Below, in pieces: positions 29,466-39,534 of a stretch of 64,000 nucleotides of DNA. The notes beneath the pieces were generated by a model. The model did not search any database. It saw only the letters and a program-made list of their open reading frames with translations, and was not told the DNA's origin. Made by a program: the position numbers and the translations under genes. The DNA is from Promethearchaeota archaeon. GTDB taxonomy: Archaea; Asgardarchaeota; Lokiarchaeia; Sigyniarchaeales; SOKP01. The stretch lies in contig JAUVXW010000018.1 of NCBI GenBank assembly GCA_030603385.1, positions 1 through 64,000 on the forward strand. Reading direction: 5' to 3'. Within the stretch, counting starts at the first letter, position 1; every line of letters starts with the position of its first letter.

Positions 29466-30365
29466 TTATAATTCTAATAGTTTTGGAATTATTTCATCAT
29501 TTTTAATTATTGCATAAGATGCGGGGGATGGAGCAAACATCCCTCGATAATTGGCACTTGAGAATATCGATAACAAATGGTTGTGAAAAAACCACCTATA
29601 TCCTTCTGGGAAGCATTCGTGAGATCTAATAAGTAATTTAAGATTGTTTTCCTTCATAAAATTATCAAAAACATCTTCACCAAAAGATTTAATGCCAGAA
29701 CCTCTAAAACTTTCTGTAAATCCTTTTAATCCTGCTTTAGGATCATTCCACATAATCTGAAATAAACCAAGTGAGACTGATTTTAATAATGATTTTCTCT
29801 CTTTTGTTTTAATGCCTCTTAATTCCTTGAGAATATCAATATCTTGGGGAATTCCACCATGGAGACATAAAATAGTGTCATTAATAATTGCACATATAGG
29901 AAGTACATTATATAATTTTAATATCTCATTAAAATTGTCAGAATTATTGAATCTATTAACGAAATCTTGAAAAAACCCATAGTATTGATTCATTTCTAAA
30001 GTTTCATGATTTCCTTTTAATATATAATATTTTTGAGAATCAAGAATCTTTAAGGCTAATATAATCAATAAACATTCTAACTGTTTTGGACCACGATCAA
30101 CGATATCTCCTAAAAAGATAACTACTTCTGGATTATTTTTATTTATAATTTCAATTAATTTCAATAAAGTGTCTAAATTTCCATGAATATCCCCAATTAC
30201 ATAAATCTCCTTATCTTTATCTTTTAAATTGAACTCTAAAAGTAAATTTTCTTTTTCAAAAAAATCTTTAGCATTTTGTAGAATTTTTGAAATATCATCA
30301 AATCTTAAATCAGATAATAAAAATGGATTATTAATCAATTCTTTCAAAAAAGCATGTTCAATCAA
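29466..30365 (-). CDS. PPP-family serine/threonine protein phosphatase
   Basis: GDIHG, GDIVDRG, GNHE, LHGG, WNDP, RSHE, FSSANY. Confidence 0.95.
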   Translation of the reverse strand: MIEHAFLKELINNPFLLSDLRFDDISKILQNAKDFFEKENLLLEFNLKDKDKEIYVIGDIHGNLDTLLKLIEIINKNNPEVVIFLGDIVDRGPKQLECLLIILALKILDSQKYYILKGNHETLEMNQYYGFFQDFVNRFNNSDNFNEILKLYNVLPICAIINDTILCLHGGIPQDIDILKELRGIKTKERKSLLKSVSLGLFQIMWNDPKAGLKGFTESFRGSGIKSFGEDVFDNFMKENNLKLLIRSHECFPEGYRWFFHNHLLSIFSSANYRGMFAPSPASYAIIKNDEIIPKLLEL

Positions 30366-30510
30366 AATTTTCCTCTTTTAAGAGCTTAATAAGAAAATTT
30401 TTCTATTAATTATCTTCTTATTTTTAATATTATTTCTATAATTTTTATTAATAAGGAAATCTAAATTAAAAACAGAATTAACAGAAAATTCTAAAAATTG
30501 TTAACTATCA

Positions 30511-32592
30511 ATGGATAAGTTGCCATCTCAAGATTTTTTAACGTATCTAAATAAGGTTATTAGAGACTTTGAGAATGAAAAAGTTAATGGAAAAACTAAT
30601 AATAGGAGTTTAGGAGTAATATATACTCCAAAGTTTATTGTTGATTATATTGTTTCAAATGTCTTCAAATTATATTTTGAAGAGTTTTTCAATTTTCCAC
30701 AAACCTCTAATACAAAATCCATTTTTGAAATTTTACAACATTTTTTATCTAAAAACCATTATCTAAAAACTAAATTCATCAAAAAACTCAAAAATATTAA
30801 AATATTGGATCCTGCTTGTGGATCTGGAAGATTTATGATTTCTTCCGCTGAAAAACTTTATCATTTTTATAAAACTCTAAATTCTGGATTAGATGATTAC
30901 GAGGTAAAACGAGCCATATTACAAGAAAATCTATATGGGATTGAAATTGAGAAATCTGCTTACATTATCACAAAATTGCAATTAATATCTTGGCTTTTTT
31001 CTGATAATGAAACTCAACATAATCTTCCTAATTTTAATACAAAAGATTTAAACCTAGAAGAGATTAACCAATTAATTAATGAGATTGACATTAAACTCAA
31101 TCTATTCAACTTAGACTTTCTTTTAGAGTTTGAATTTGGAGAGTTTGATATAATAATAGGAAATCCTCCTTATGTTGAAAATAAGAAAATAGATTCTGAA
31201 TATAAAAATAAATTGTATGAAAATTTCAAGTCAGCATACAAATTATTCGATCTCTCTGTTATATTTATCGAAAAATCGATTGAATTAATGAAAGAGAATG
31301 GCTATCTCTCCTTTATTTTACCAAATAAATTTTTATCGGCTGATTACGGAATTAAAATCCGAGAGCTATTAATAGAGAACATTGAACTTAGAGAAATTGT
31401 TAATGTTTCTTCTTTATCTGTTTTTCAAAAAGCATCAACGTATCCAATAATTATATATTTTAAAAAGGGCAAATCTAGTGATAAGAATGAGATTATTATA
31501 AGAAGATTTGATGAACTTGATGATCTTCTGACCTGTAATGATTCAAATTTAATAAAATTGCCTCAGAAATTAATCAGTGGCCTGCCTTCTAATGTTATCC
31601 CTATTTCAGGTAATATTGATTTAATTGAATTTTTGTATAATAAATTTAAATCATTCAAGGATACCTTTAAGGATTTAAAAATCATATATCGTCCCTTTGG
31701 ATTTTTGAAATACAGTAAAAATTTTGATAATATCAGTGAAGAACCCCGTTCTGATAAGGATCTCTTGTTGATCGGGACGGGAAATGTAGGAAAGTATCAT
31801 ATTAAATTTAATAAAAGAATAAAAATCGCCAAGAGAGATCTTGAAATTTCATATTTTAATTATAATCCTACTTTTAAACCTATTTGGCAAGACCTCAACC
31901 AAGAAAAGATTATTTTTAGAGAAATTGCTAAAGAATTAACATGTGTCTATGATCCCGGAATCTTTACTAATATAACTGGTTTATATTTCGTAAGAATCCC
32001 TTCGATAAATACTGAGAAACTATATTGTCTCTTAACAATATTAAACTCAAAATTATTGGATACAGTGTTTAAAACATTATTTAGTTCTCTTCACATGGCT
32101 GGAGGTTATTTACGATTTAATGGTAGTTTCATTAAAAGATTACCATTACCAAGAAAATTTCCTGTGTTTTTATCACAATTGGGAAAAATTCTACAACTTC
32201 TTTCACAATTAAAATATGATTTTGATTCAAAAGAAATTGTAAGAAATCCTGTTATCGAGAGATCTAATAACAAATACTATAATGAAATACAGTGTTATCT
32301 TAAATTTTTTACAAGATTGAGCAATTCTTTGGTGAATTTATTGTTTTTAGATGATTTTTATTTAGAGTCTAATTTAGATTATTATTTATTAAGAGAATTA
32401 TTCGATTTAAAAATAGAACCACAAAAAGTTCCATACAAATTTTTAACTCCCCGATTCGATATTTATAAAATCTTTTCATTAAATGAATTAGATTCTATTT
32501 TAACTAAAATAAAAAAACTTTATAGCCGATTACATAATAATACAGGTTTAATAAATCAAATAGATGACCTAATGAAAAATAATTTTAGTTAA
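30511..32592 (+). CDS. N6-adenine DNA methyltransferase (gamma class, TaqI/Eco57I-like), apparently orphan
   Basis: YTP, ILDPACGSG (motif I), IIGNPPY (motif IV), C-terminal target-recognition region. Confidence 0.9.
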   Translation: MDKLPSQDFLTYLNKVIRDFENEKVNGKTNNRSLGVIYTPKFIVDYIVSNVFKLYFEEFFNFPQTSNTKSIFEILQHFLSKNHYLKTKFIKKLKNIKILDPACGSGRFMISSAEKLYHFYKTLNSGLDDYEVKRAILQENLYGIEIEKSAYIITKLQLISWLFSDNETQHNLPNFNTKDLNLEEINQLINEIDIKLNLFNLDFLLEFEFGEFDIIIGNPPYVENKKIDSEYKNKLYENFKSAYKLFDLSVIFIEKSIELMKENGYLSFILPNKFLSADYGIKIRELLIENIELREIVNVSSLSVFQKASTYPIIIYFKKGKSSDKNEIIIRRFDELDDLLTCNDSNLIKLPQKLISGLPSNVIPISGNIDLIEFLYNKFKSFKDTFKDLKIIYRPFGFLKYSKNFDNISEEPRSDKDLLLIGTGNVGKYHIKFNKRIKIAKRDLEISYFNYNPTFKPIWQDLNQEKIIFREIAKELTCVYDPGIFTNITGLYFVRIPSINTEKLYCLLTILNSKLLDTVFKTLFSSLHMAGGYLRFNGSFIKRLPLPRKFPVFLSQLGKILQLLSQLKYDFDSKEIVRNPVIERSNNKYYNEIQCYLKFFTRLSNSLVNLLFLDDFYLESNLDYYLLRELFDLKIEPQKVPYKFLTPRFDIYKIFSLNELDSILTKIKKLYSRLHNNTGLINQIDDLMKNNFS

Positions 32593-32710
32593 AAGGCAAT
32601 TTTCAAATAGTCTTTCTTTAGGTACAATCGAATAAAAATTAAATTTTAACAAATATTATATATTTAAAATATTAATTAGTAAAAATCAATTAAAATTGGG
32701 AGTAAGAATT

Positions 32711-33025
32711 ATGGCTAAAAAAAAGAGCGCTCCACGTGAAGAAAAAGATCTTGAACTTCCAAATGGAAAAATAGATGAAGATGGAGATGAAATAATAGAT
32801 CTATCTGATTGGGAAGATAATTTAGAAGAAGATATTATTTATGAAATCCCAGATGATGATGAAATGATCGCGGAGGAGTCTGAGGATGAAGAATTTGGGA
32901 TGGAAGTTGATGATATTATCAAAATGTTACGAGATGTAAAATGTAAACCTTGCCCAGGTTTGAAGAGCAAACCAGATTGTAAAATTGCTCATGATTATGG
33001 GTGTCCAAAACCAAAGAAGCCATAA
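32711..33025 (+). CDS. Small acidic protein with C-terminal Cys cluster
   Basis: D/E-rich core; CKPC...C...HDYGC. Confidence 0.7.
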   Translation: MAKKKSAPREEKDLELPNGKIDEDGDEIIDLSDWEDNLEEDIIYEIPDDDEMIAEESEDEEFGMEVDDIIKMLRDVKCKPCPGLKSKPDCKIAHDYGCPKPKKP

Positions 33026-33086
33026 AAATTATATTTTATTTTTTTATTATTTAAACGCTTATATCATTCTTGATTAGTGGAATATT

Positions 33087-34085
33087 TTGCTTTCAAATAC
33101 ACACAAACGCATTATATTAATTATTATTGATGTATTATTTAGCTGGTACATCTGGGAAATAAATATTTCGTTAGGTAATCCATGTTATACAACTGCTTTT
33201 TCAAAATGTTTTATGTTATCAATAACCACCTTCTTAATCGTCTATACTCCGTTTGAAATTTATTTTTCGTTTCGTGATCTCTGGTTTGATCGTTGGCCAA
33301 AACTTTATCATAAAGATTTAGAAGTATCAACCATAAAAATTAACGTTTCAGATGGATTTTTATCAGCAAATCTGGTAAAAAACCAGAATCAAGCAAAAAT
33401 TGAATTAAAAAATGCTATAGTTATAGTTTGTCATGGGTTTTCAGACACGAAAGAAACGCTTGAATATTTCTATTATCCGCTTGCTTACCAAGGTTATGTT
33501 GTTTTAGCTTATGATGCCAGAGGTACGGGAAAATCTAAAAAAGCAGGAAAAAGAAGTAATTTTTTAAAAAGAATTGAGGATTTTAAAAAAATAATTGAGT
33601 GGGTTAAAAATCAAGAAGAATTTTCTATTATGAAAATCTCTTGTGTTGGTTTTAGTATAGGTGCAATAACAGTTTTATCTGGAGGTTTTTTAGATAGAAA
33701 TATCGAAAAAATTGTTGCAATTTCTTCAATGTCACATTACAAGCAAAATATTCCTAAATACAATCCTATTATAAGGCTTAGTTACTTTTTAAAAGGAGTA
33801 AATTTGTTCCCTAATGATGTGGAAAATAAAATGTTATCTCCTTATTTATTGATACAAAATGCAAAAAAAGAACTAACATTAGAAGAGTGGAAAATTTTAT
33901 CTAAAAAGGTTATGTTAATCCACTGTATAAATGACAGAGTAATAAAATTCAAGAATTTTAAAGAAAATAAAATGATTTTAGAATCTCCAGAGAAAAATGT
34001 GCTTATATTGAAAAAAGGAGGACATTCCCAAAAGAAAAACGAAAGTGTATTGGTTGGGGCAACACTCAAATTCTTAAATTCTTAA
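33087..34085 (+). CDS. Membrane-anchored alpha/beta hydrolase
   Basis: N-terminal TM segments; HGF, YDARGTGKS, GFSIGA, D, GGH. Confidence 0.85.
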   Translation: MLSNTHKRIILIIIDVLFSWYIWEINISLGNPCYTTAFSKCFMLSITTFLIVYTPFEIYFSFRDLWFDRWPKLYHKDLEVSTIKINVSDGFLSANLVKNQNQAKIELKNAIVIVCHGFSDTKETLEYFYYPLAYQGYVVLAYDARGTGKSKKAGKRSNFLKRIEDFKKIIEWVKNQEEFSIMKISCVGFSIGAITVLSGGFLDRNIEKIVAISSMSHYKQNIPKYNPIIRLSYFLKGVNLFPNDVENKMLSPYLLIQNAKKELTLEEWKILSKKVMLIHCINDRVIKFKNFKENKMILESPEKNVLILKKGGHSQKKNESVLVGATLKFLNS

Positions 34086-34179
34086 AACGCAAGAAATCAG
34101 ATTAAATTTCATATTTTGTTTAGTTTAAATAACTTGATCCTAAACTTCTTCTGAAAAAATCTACAATATCATTTTTCAA

Positions 34180-34362
34180 ATGTATGAATGTAAAATTTGT
34201 AGAAAATATATTAAAGCTGAAAATTTAAAAAATACATTTCAATTCACTTTAGGAAATGTAAAATGCGGAAAATTTCATGGTGTAAAGTCTTATTACTATC
34301 ATGTAAAATGTTTAAATAAAGTTGACTCTAAAGAAGTAAAATTACTAGTTCCTATTACTTAA
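34180..34362 (+). CDS. Small Zn-finger-like protein (CxxC...HxxC)
   Basis: CKIC...YYHVKC; fills an intergenic gap and is followed by a T-tract. Confidence 0.6.
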   Translation: MYECKICRKYIKAENLKNTFQFTLGNVKCGKFHGVKSYYYHVKCLNKVDSKEVKLLVPIT

Positions 34363-34404
34363 AAGCTCATAACCATAAAAAACTAATTTTTTTTTTTTTA
34401 ATAT

Positions 34405-35853
34405 CTAAGCAATAACTTCATCCCATTTAGAGAAATTTACGATTCTTTTATAATTTTTGACAATATTAGCAAATATTACACAACCAATACAAAACATATT
34501 TACAAAATCTTCTTCAGTTAAGTTTAACAATTTGCTCGTTTTTTTAGAAAAACCAATCCCTCGTTCCACTTCAATTCGACCATTGTATCCTGATAAGTTA
34601 ACAACAAATTCTTCCTTATCTAACCCAACTGTAAAATTTCCTCGTGCGATTCTTCCTAACCCTCCAATCGGTATAACCATTCCTTTACATTGAGCTAAAT
34701 ATATCCTTAAGTCAAATGTATGTTTTCCCCCACTCCAATCAATTAAAGAAAAATTGGCCTTTTCTTGTATAGTGTATGGATACGGATTACGATTTTTCAT
34801 AAATTTAGCAAAAAACTCGTTCTTGCTTGTCTCAATAATATTTTTTAAATTAGTTGGTTGTTCATCTTTAGAAACAGGGATAACCCCAGCCCCTCCTGAT
34901 CCTCCACTAGGTTTAATAATAAATGATTTATTATAATTCTTTAAAAGATAACTTAACTTATCTATTAAATCTTTATCATCAAAAGCTTTAGTAAATAGTA
35001 GATATCTAAGATTATATTTTCTTAAAATATCTTTACTAAAAAAGCTCGCGAGGTATGTTAAAGATTTATCGTCTGTGACTTTGAAAATTGGGTTTACAAC
35101 TATTGTTTTAATATAGCGAAAATCTTTCTTTATCTGCTCGTGAAAATTTTTATTGTTTATTCGTCTTGTAATACCATCACCGATTAAAACACTTATTTTT
35201 TCACCTTTATATTTAATAAAATTCTCAGAAAATGAGAGAGAAGTAGAGAGTTGTCTATAATCTGCTATTAGAAAAATGATATTAGCTTTAAAATCGATAT
35301 TAAAACTTTCTCTGTTGAAAATTTTAACACTATGTCCTTCTGATTTGAGTGTTTTCCTGAAATATTCTATCATGATTACTTTTTCATGGATTAAAGCATC
35401 ATCAACCGGTACTCCAATTAATACAAAAACTTTATCATCTTTTCTTTCATTTTTCTTAATTGCTTGATAGATAGCTTCAAGGTATCCATTATATAATCGG
35501 GCTTGCTGGTTTTTAGTAAGAATAGAAAGTCCTCTATGTGATCCGCCATTAGTTTCTAAAAGAAAAAATTTTTTTCCTTCAGGTTCATCAGATACCATGA
35601 AATCAATACTCCCAGAGTAAAAGCAGTCGTTATTAGCTAGAATATTGTCTTCATTTTTTTTCATCTTCTTTAATGCTTTATCTCTAATAAGATCTACAAA
35701 AAAATCTTGCTGTGAAGCTCTTAATTCTGCGAAAGATACCAAATCTAAGCCTAATGAGTTTCCAAGTTTGATTAATTCAAGATCAGAGGCTGTAATCGTG
35801 GAAGACATTAATTTAAGAAACCTAGTAAGCAAATCCTCTTCCATATAAATCAT
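34405..35853 (-). CDS. Circularly permuted ATP-grasp ligase (YheC/D- or TTL-like motifs)
   Basis: IIKPSGGSGGAGV, IQE, FDLRIY, VVNLS; DFM...LLETN motif located N-terminally. Confidence 0.75.
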   Translation of the reverse strand: MIYMEEDLLTRFLKLMSSTITASDLELIKLGNSLGLDLVSFAELRASQQDFFVDLIRDKALKKMKKNEDNILANNDCFYSGSIDFMVSDEPEGKKFFLLETNGGSHRGLSILTKNQQARLYNGYLEAIYQAIKKNERKDDKVFVLIGVPVDDALIHEKVIMIEYFRKTLKSEGHSVKIFNRESFNIDFKANIIFLIADYRQLSTSLSFSENFIKYKGEKISVLIGDGITRRINNKNFHEQIKKDFRYIKTIVVNPIFKVTDDKSLTYLASFFSKDILRKYNLRYLLFTKAFDDKDLIDKLSYLLKNYNKSFIIKPSGGSGGAGVIPVSKDEQPTNLKNIIETSKNEFFAKFMKNRNPYPYTIQEKANFSLIDWSGGKHTFDLRIYLAQCKGMVIPIGGLGRIARGNFTVGLDKEEFVVNLSGYNGRIEVERGIGFSKKTSKLLNLTEEDFVNMFCIGCVIFANIVKNYKRIVNFSKWDEVIA

Positions 35854-35990
35854 TCAATATTATAGTTATGTAATAATTCTAATACAATCTTATTTTATAA
35901 TTTTTTACTAAATAAAATCCTCATTCTTATTATTTTAATAAATTAGAACAAGATATCTTGGATTTTGGTTATTTTAATTCATAGTAATAA

Positions 35991-37223
35991 CTATAAGTAT
36001 AAATAACCTTGATGATTACCTTTTGTAGATAATCTAAGACTCCCAAGCAAGATTTTTTTTATTTGAAGTTGCTGTTTATAAGTCAAGTCTGAATAAAGTA
36101 ATATAAAGTTTTTCTCAACATTTATAGTAAAAAGAAGTCCAATTTCCACTAATTTAGAATTTTCTGTTAATAAACCAATTATTACATAATGATAAGGTAA
36201 CTTCACTAATTCATTGATGTTTATTTCTGTTTCAACAATTTCGTCTATTTCCGTATCATAATCAGTTTTTATAAATTTCATATCATTTAGCGGGATAGAA
36301 ATTTTTCTAAAAACCTCAAATTTCTTTGAAAATTGACTTTGTCTTAGAAATCTTCTTTCTTCTTTATCTTTTTCATAGAAATATTCATTTACCTCCTTTA
36401 TCAAATACATTTTTCTATTTTTTCTTTGATTTGAGGCTGTCTTTTCAATATCCTTTAATTCTTCAATAGTATCATCATGAAAAGCAATTAAAACATCTGG
36501 ATCTACTGTTTTTATGAAAAAATTCTTATATAGGATACCTGCTTCAGTTTTTATCCAGCCATCAGTATCAATCAAAATAAAATCAATATTTTTATGTTCT
36601 GCGATGTAATCATCAATCATTTTCCTACATGAAAGTGATACAATGTATTTATAATCCCCCTTAGGGTATGTTGCTCCAATAAATACAGTATTTTCGGAAT
36701 GAATATTTTTATTCGAAATAATATATTCTTTTATTGTACCTAAATTGAGAGTGGTAGGAATATAAATAATTTGTTGTCCAAGATCAGAATCTAGGTATCC
36801 TCCTTTTAATCCTTCTTTCATAAAACTATTTGCCAAGTATTTGATGAGTGTTGTTTTTCCATTACTAAAACCTATCACCATTATTTTTAAAGGAGTTTCT
36901 TTTTCCTTTTTTAGTTCTTTTAATATCTCACTTTTAATATCAACCCATGTTGACGAAATTGAATTTTCTTTGACTAATTTTAGATTTTTTTCATTACTAG
37001 TATAGATTTCTAGTTTTGCATCCTCATTTGCATAGAGGGGATAACATTGGGCACTAGGTATTATTAAAACATTTTCGTCTTCAATATTGGATATATCTGA
37101 TGTTGAGCTTTCCTTTTCTGGAAGAACTAACTTTCCAAAAACGTCTAATTTTCCCTCTAATAATGTTACTCTCGCGGGGCCTTTTACTATTAAAGTATTT
37201 CCTTTATCAATATTCTTAATCAT
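35991..37223 (-). CDS. Clp1/Nol9(Grc3)-family polynucleotide 5'-kinase
   Basis: N-terminal VKGPARVTLLEG domain, GKTT, DSDLGQ, IDTDGW, RRFLRQ clasp. Confidence 0.85.
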   Translation of the reverse strand: MIKNIDKGNTLIVKGPARVTLLEGKLDVFGKLVLPEKESSTSDISNIEDENVLIIPSAQCYPLYANEDAKLEIYTSNEKNLKLVKENSISSTWVDIKSEILKELKKEKETPLKIMVIGFSNGKTTLIKYLANSFMKEGLKGGYLDSDLGQQIIYIPTTLNLGTIKEYIISNKNIHSENTVFIGATYPKGDYKYIVSLSCRKMIDDYIAEHKNIDFILIDTDGWIKTEAGILYKNFFIKTVDPDVLIAFHDDTIEELKDIEKTASNQRKNRKMYLIKEVNEYFYEKDKEERRFLRQSQFSKKFEVFRKISIPLNDMKFIKTDYDTEIDEIVETEININELVKLPYHYVIIGLLTENSKLVEIGLLFTINVEKNFILLYSDLTYKQQLQIKKILLGSLRLSTKGNHQGYLYL

Positions 37224-37467
37224 GAGTTATTCATCTAATGTACAAATTAACTTAAAAATATTATTTTTTGAGTTGATTATGTTTCCATACTTCTTTTTTT
37301 TTATTTCAGAAACTAAACATCTTTGAAATAGGATTACCGGACATCCCCTCTGGGTGTTATATATGTCATACAAACCTAAAGTAATATATTTAAATACATT
37401 TCATTTATATAAAAACGGAAGTTAGAGAGATTTGAACTTCATAAATTAACAAAATATAACTCTTTCT

Positions 37468-37995
37468 TTATTTTCTCTGAGCTTTATAGCATGGAATACA
37501 CATACTACTATTCTTATAGAACATAAGTCTACTATTCATAGTGGGCTCACCACAAATGTCACACGGTATAGATTCTTCTATCTCTGCTAGACCAGGAGGA
37601 TTAAATTCTATTTCATATATTGAAAATATATTTTCAGGTTTTGAATCAAGTAAATGTTTAATACGTTCGTGTTTTGATAACTTCTTTTTTCCAAAAGCTT
37701 TACTTTTTAAGGATAATTTTATAGCTTTTTCAGTTTCTCTATTATAGAAATAATAATTAAGTTTACCGTAATCTTGATGAATTAGATTTCCTTTGCCATA
37801 TGTAGTTCCTAATAAAGCTTGAAATGCATCAATGCTACAATTATCATTCTCAACAACCGCAACCACCTCTTCATTGGGAGAATATTTGAAACCATGTTCT
37901 AACACATATTTAGCAGCTAAAACACCTATAGCTAAACCGGGACATATATGCCCATGAAACCGTGTTGCCTTTTCCATTAATTCTTTAGTTTCCAT
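37468..37995 (-). CDS. fmdE: FmdE-family protein with C-terminal Zn finger
   Basis: FHGHICPGLAIG, ENDNCSIDAFQ, GKGNL, CDICGE...CIPC. Confidence 0.9.
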   Translation of the reverse strand: METKELMEKATRFHGHICPGLAIGVLAAKYVLEHGFKYSPNEEVVAVVENDNCSIDAFQALLGTTYGKGNLIHQDYGKLNYYFYNRETEKAIKLSLKSKAFGKKKLSKHERIKHLLDSKPENIFSIYEIEFNPPGLAEIEESIPCDICGEPTMNSRLMFYKNSSMCIPCYKAQRK

Positions 37996-38100
37996 TGGGG
38001 GTGATACATTTTTTTTTGTTAAATACCAGATATATAATTTATTACATGTTTTAAATATATTTAATCTATAAGAATTTAATTAAATAATAGTCATAATAAT

Positions 38101-38595
38101 ATGAAATTTTTAGTCGATTCAATGTTAGGTAAACTAGCTCGATTCCTAAGGATATTTGGCTATGATACTTTATATGCAAACGACTTAGTAGATTTCTTCA
38201 AGATGGATCCTGTCCCTGACGAAAAATTATTAGCTTTTGCAAAGAAAACTAATAGGTTTGTTATAACAAAAGATTATCCATTTTATAAGAGTTTTACTGA
38301 AAATACCATATATTTGAGAGGAGAGGGTGTATATAATTATTTAAATCAACTAAAAGAAACTCTGAGATTGAATTTTAAATTCAATATTCAGAATGCAAGA
38401 TGTTCTATCTGCAATTCAAAAATGAAAAAAGTTAAGGAAAAAAGCGATATTAAACATCTTGTTTTACGAGAAACTTTTAATCAATATAATGACTTTTATC
38501 AATGTTTAAATTTGCAATGTAAAAAAGTCTATTGGAAAGGTTCTCATATTGATGATATTGAGAATAGATTAGGATCAAATTCTATTCAGGATTAA
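38101..38595 (+). CDS. Mut7-C RNase (PIN-like) domain protein
   Basis: FLVDSMLGKLARFLRIFGYDT, ITKD, RCSICN, C..C.KVYWKGSH. Confidence 0.92.
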   Translation: MKFLVDSMLGKLARFLRIFGYDTLYANDLVDFFKMDPVPDEKLLAFAKKTNRFVITKDYPFYKSFTENTIYLRGEGVYNYLNQLKETLRLNFKFNIQNARCSICNSKMKKVKEKSDIKHLVLRETFNQYNDFYQCLNLQCKKVYWKGSHIDDIENRLGSNSIQD

Positions 38596-38600
38596 TAAAA

Positions 38601-38837
38601 TCACACTTGCTTTTTTTGAAAATATTTTTCTTTAATTTCCATGAATCTTTGTTTAGTTTGTTCAGCAAGTTCAGTGTACTTTCCTTTCGTATACATATTA
38701 TGGGCTTGATTTAATAATTCAAGGCATTTTCGATATTCTACATTCTTGAAATGATTTTCTGATAAAGATACTAAGTAATCGCCCTTTTTCTTATAGAATT
38801 CAATGAATTGGTCCGAAGTGTCAATTTTCCATGCCAT
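38601..38837 (-). CDS. Small helical (TPR-like) hypothetical protein
   Basis: 78-aa ORF with helical-hairpin pattern (EYRKCLELLNQAHNMYTKG). Confidence 0.65.
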   Translation of the reverse strand: MAWKIDTSDQFIEFYKKKGDYLVSLSENHFKNVEYRKCLELLNQAHNMYTKGKYTELAEQTKQRFMEIKEKYFQKKQV

Positions 38838-38942
38838 TTTATTTTAACTACATAAAATCTAGTTTAAATAATATAATATTTTGTATTCTAGATTATAATA
38901 ACTTAACTAAAATTTATACATTTTCTTCTACTATTTCTATTT

Positions 38943-39170
38943 TCAGAGATGGTCTGCTTTTCTGCCGAATTCTTCCATATCAACAACTATATTTTTTAAT
39001 CGGACTTATTTGCTGCGAAAACCATTAAATGACTTTCACGTCTCTTTTTTATGGGTTCTGCTACGGCTATAAAATTTAATTTATTTCTATATTTTAGAGT
39101 ATAATTTCCATAAACTTCAAAACCTCTTCTTCCAGCTCCGATTAGTATTTCTAAACCAATGCTTTTGTAA
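38943..39170 (-). pseudogene. Remnant of a Gfo/Idh/MocA oxidoreductase with large internal deletion
   Basis: Reads ILIGAGRRGFEVYGNY...FIAVAEPIKKRR fused directly to ESHLMVFAANKS, then frameshifted RLKNIVVDMEEF; no start codon. Confidence 0.7.
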
Positions 39171-39192
39171 TTAATTTAATCAATTTAGTAAA

Positions 39193-39438
39193 TTAATCAA
39201 TCTTCTCGTTATCTTTTTTGTTTTCAAGTTGATCTCTGTGTTCAAGAACAATTTTAGCAATTTCAACTAAATAATTAACAGGGTTCATAGTCTTTCCACA
39301 TCTACTACATTTATAATCAAGCATACCTTCTATTGAAACCATGGGTCCATCTTCACAAAAAGCACATTGTTCAAAAGACCATCGATCTATTACTTTTATA
39401 ATTGCTCTAATAAATTTTTCTTGAATTAGTCTTGTCAT
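39193..39438 (-). CDS. Small Zn-ribbon hypothetical protein
   Basis: CAFC...CSRC. Confidence 0.7.
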   Translation of the reverse strand: MTRLIQEKFIRAIIKVIDRWSFEQCAFCEDGPMVSIEGMLDYKCSRCGKTMNPVNYLVEIAKIVLEHRDQLENKKDNEKID

Positions 39439-39534
39439 AGTAAATCATATCTCATTTTGTTCTTTCTGTAGTTAACTATTTTTTTTTGAACTTTATGATA
39501 TTTGATTGAATAATACTAAATTAAGTGGATACTT

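Noticed and set aside
37330-37350. Small GC-richer hairpin (ACATCC/GGGTGT) upstream of the Clp1-like gene
   Set aside because: Only about 6-7 bp with wobble pairs; insufficient to call an ncRNA or regulatory element.
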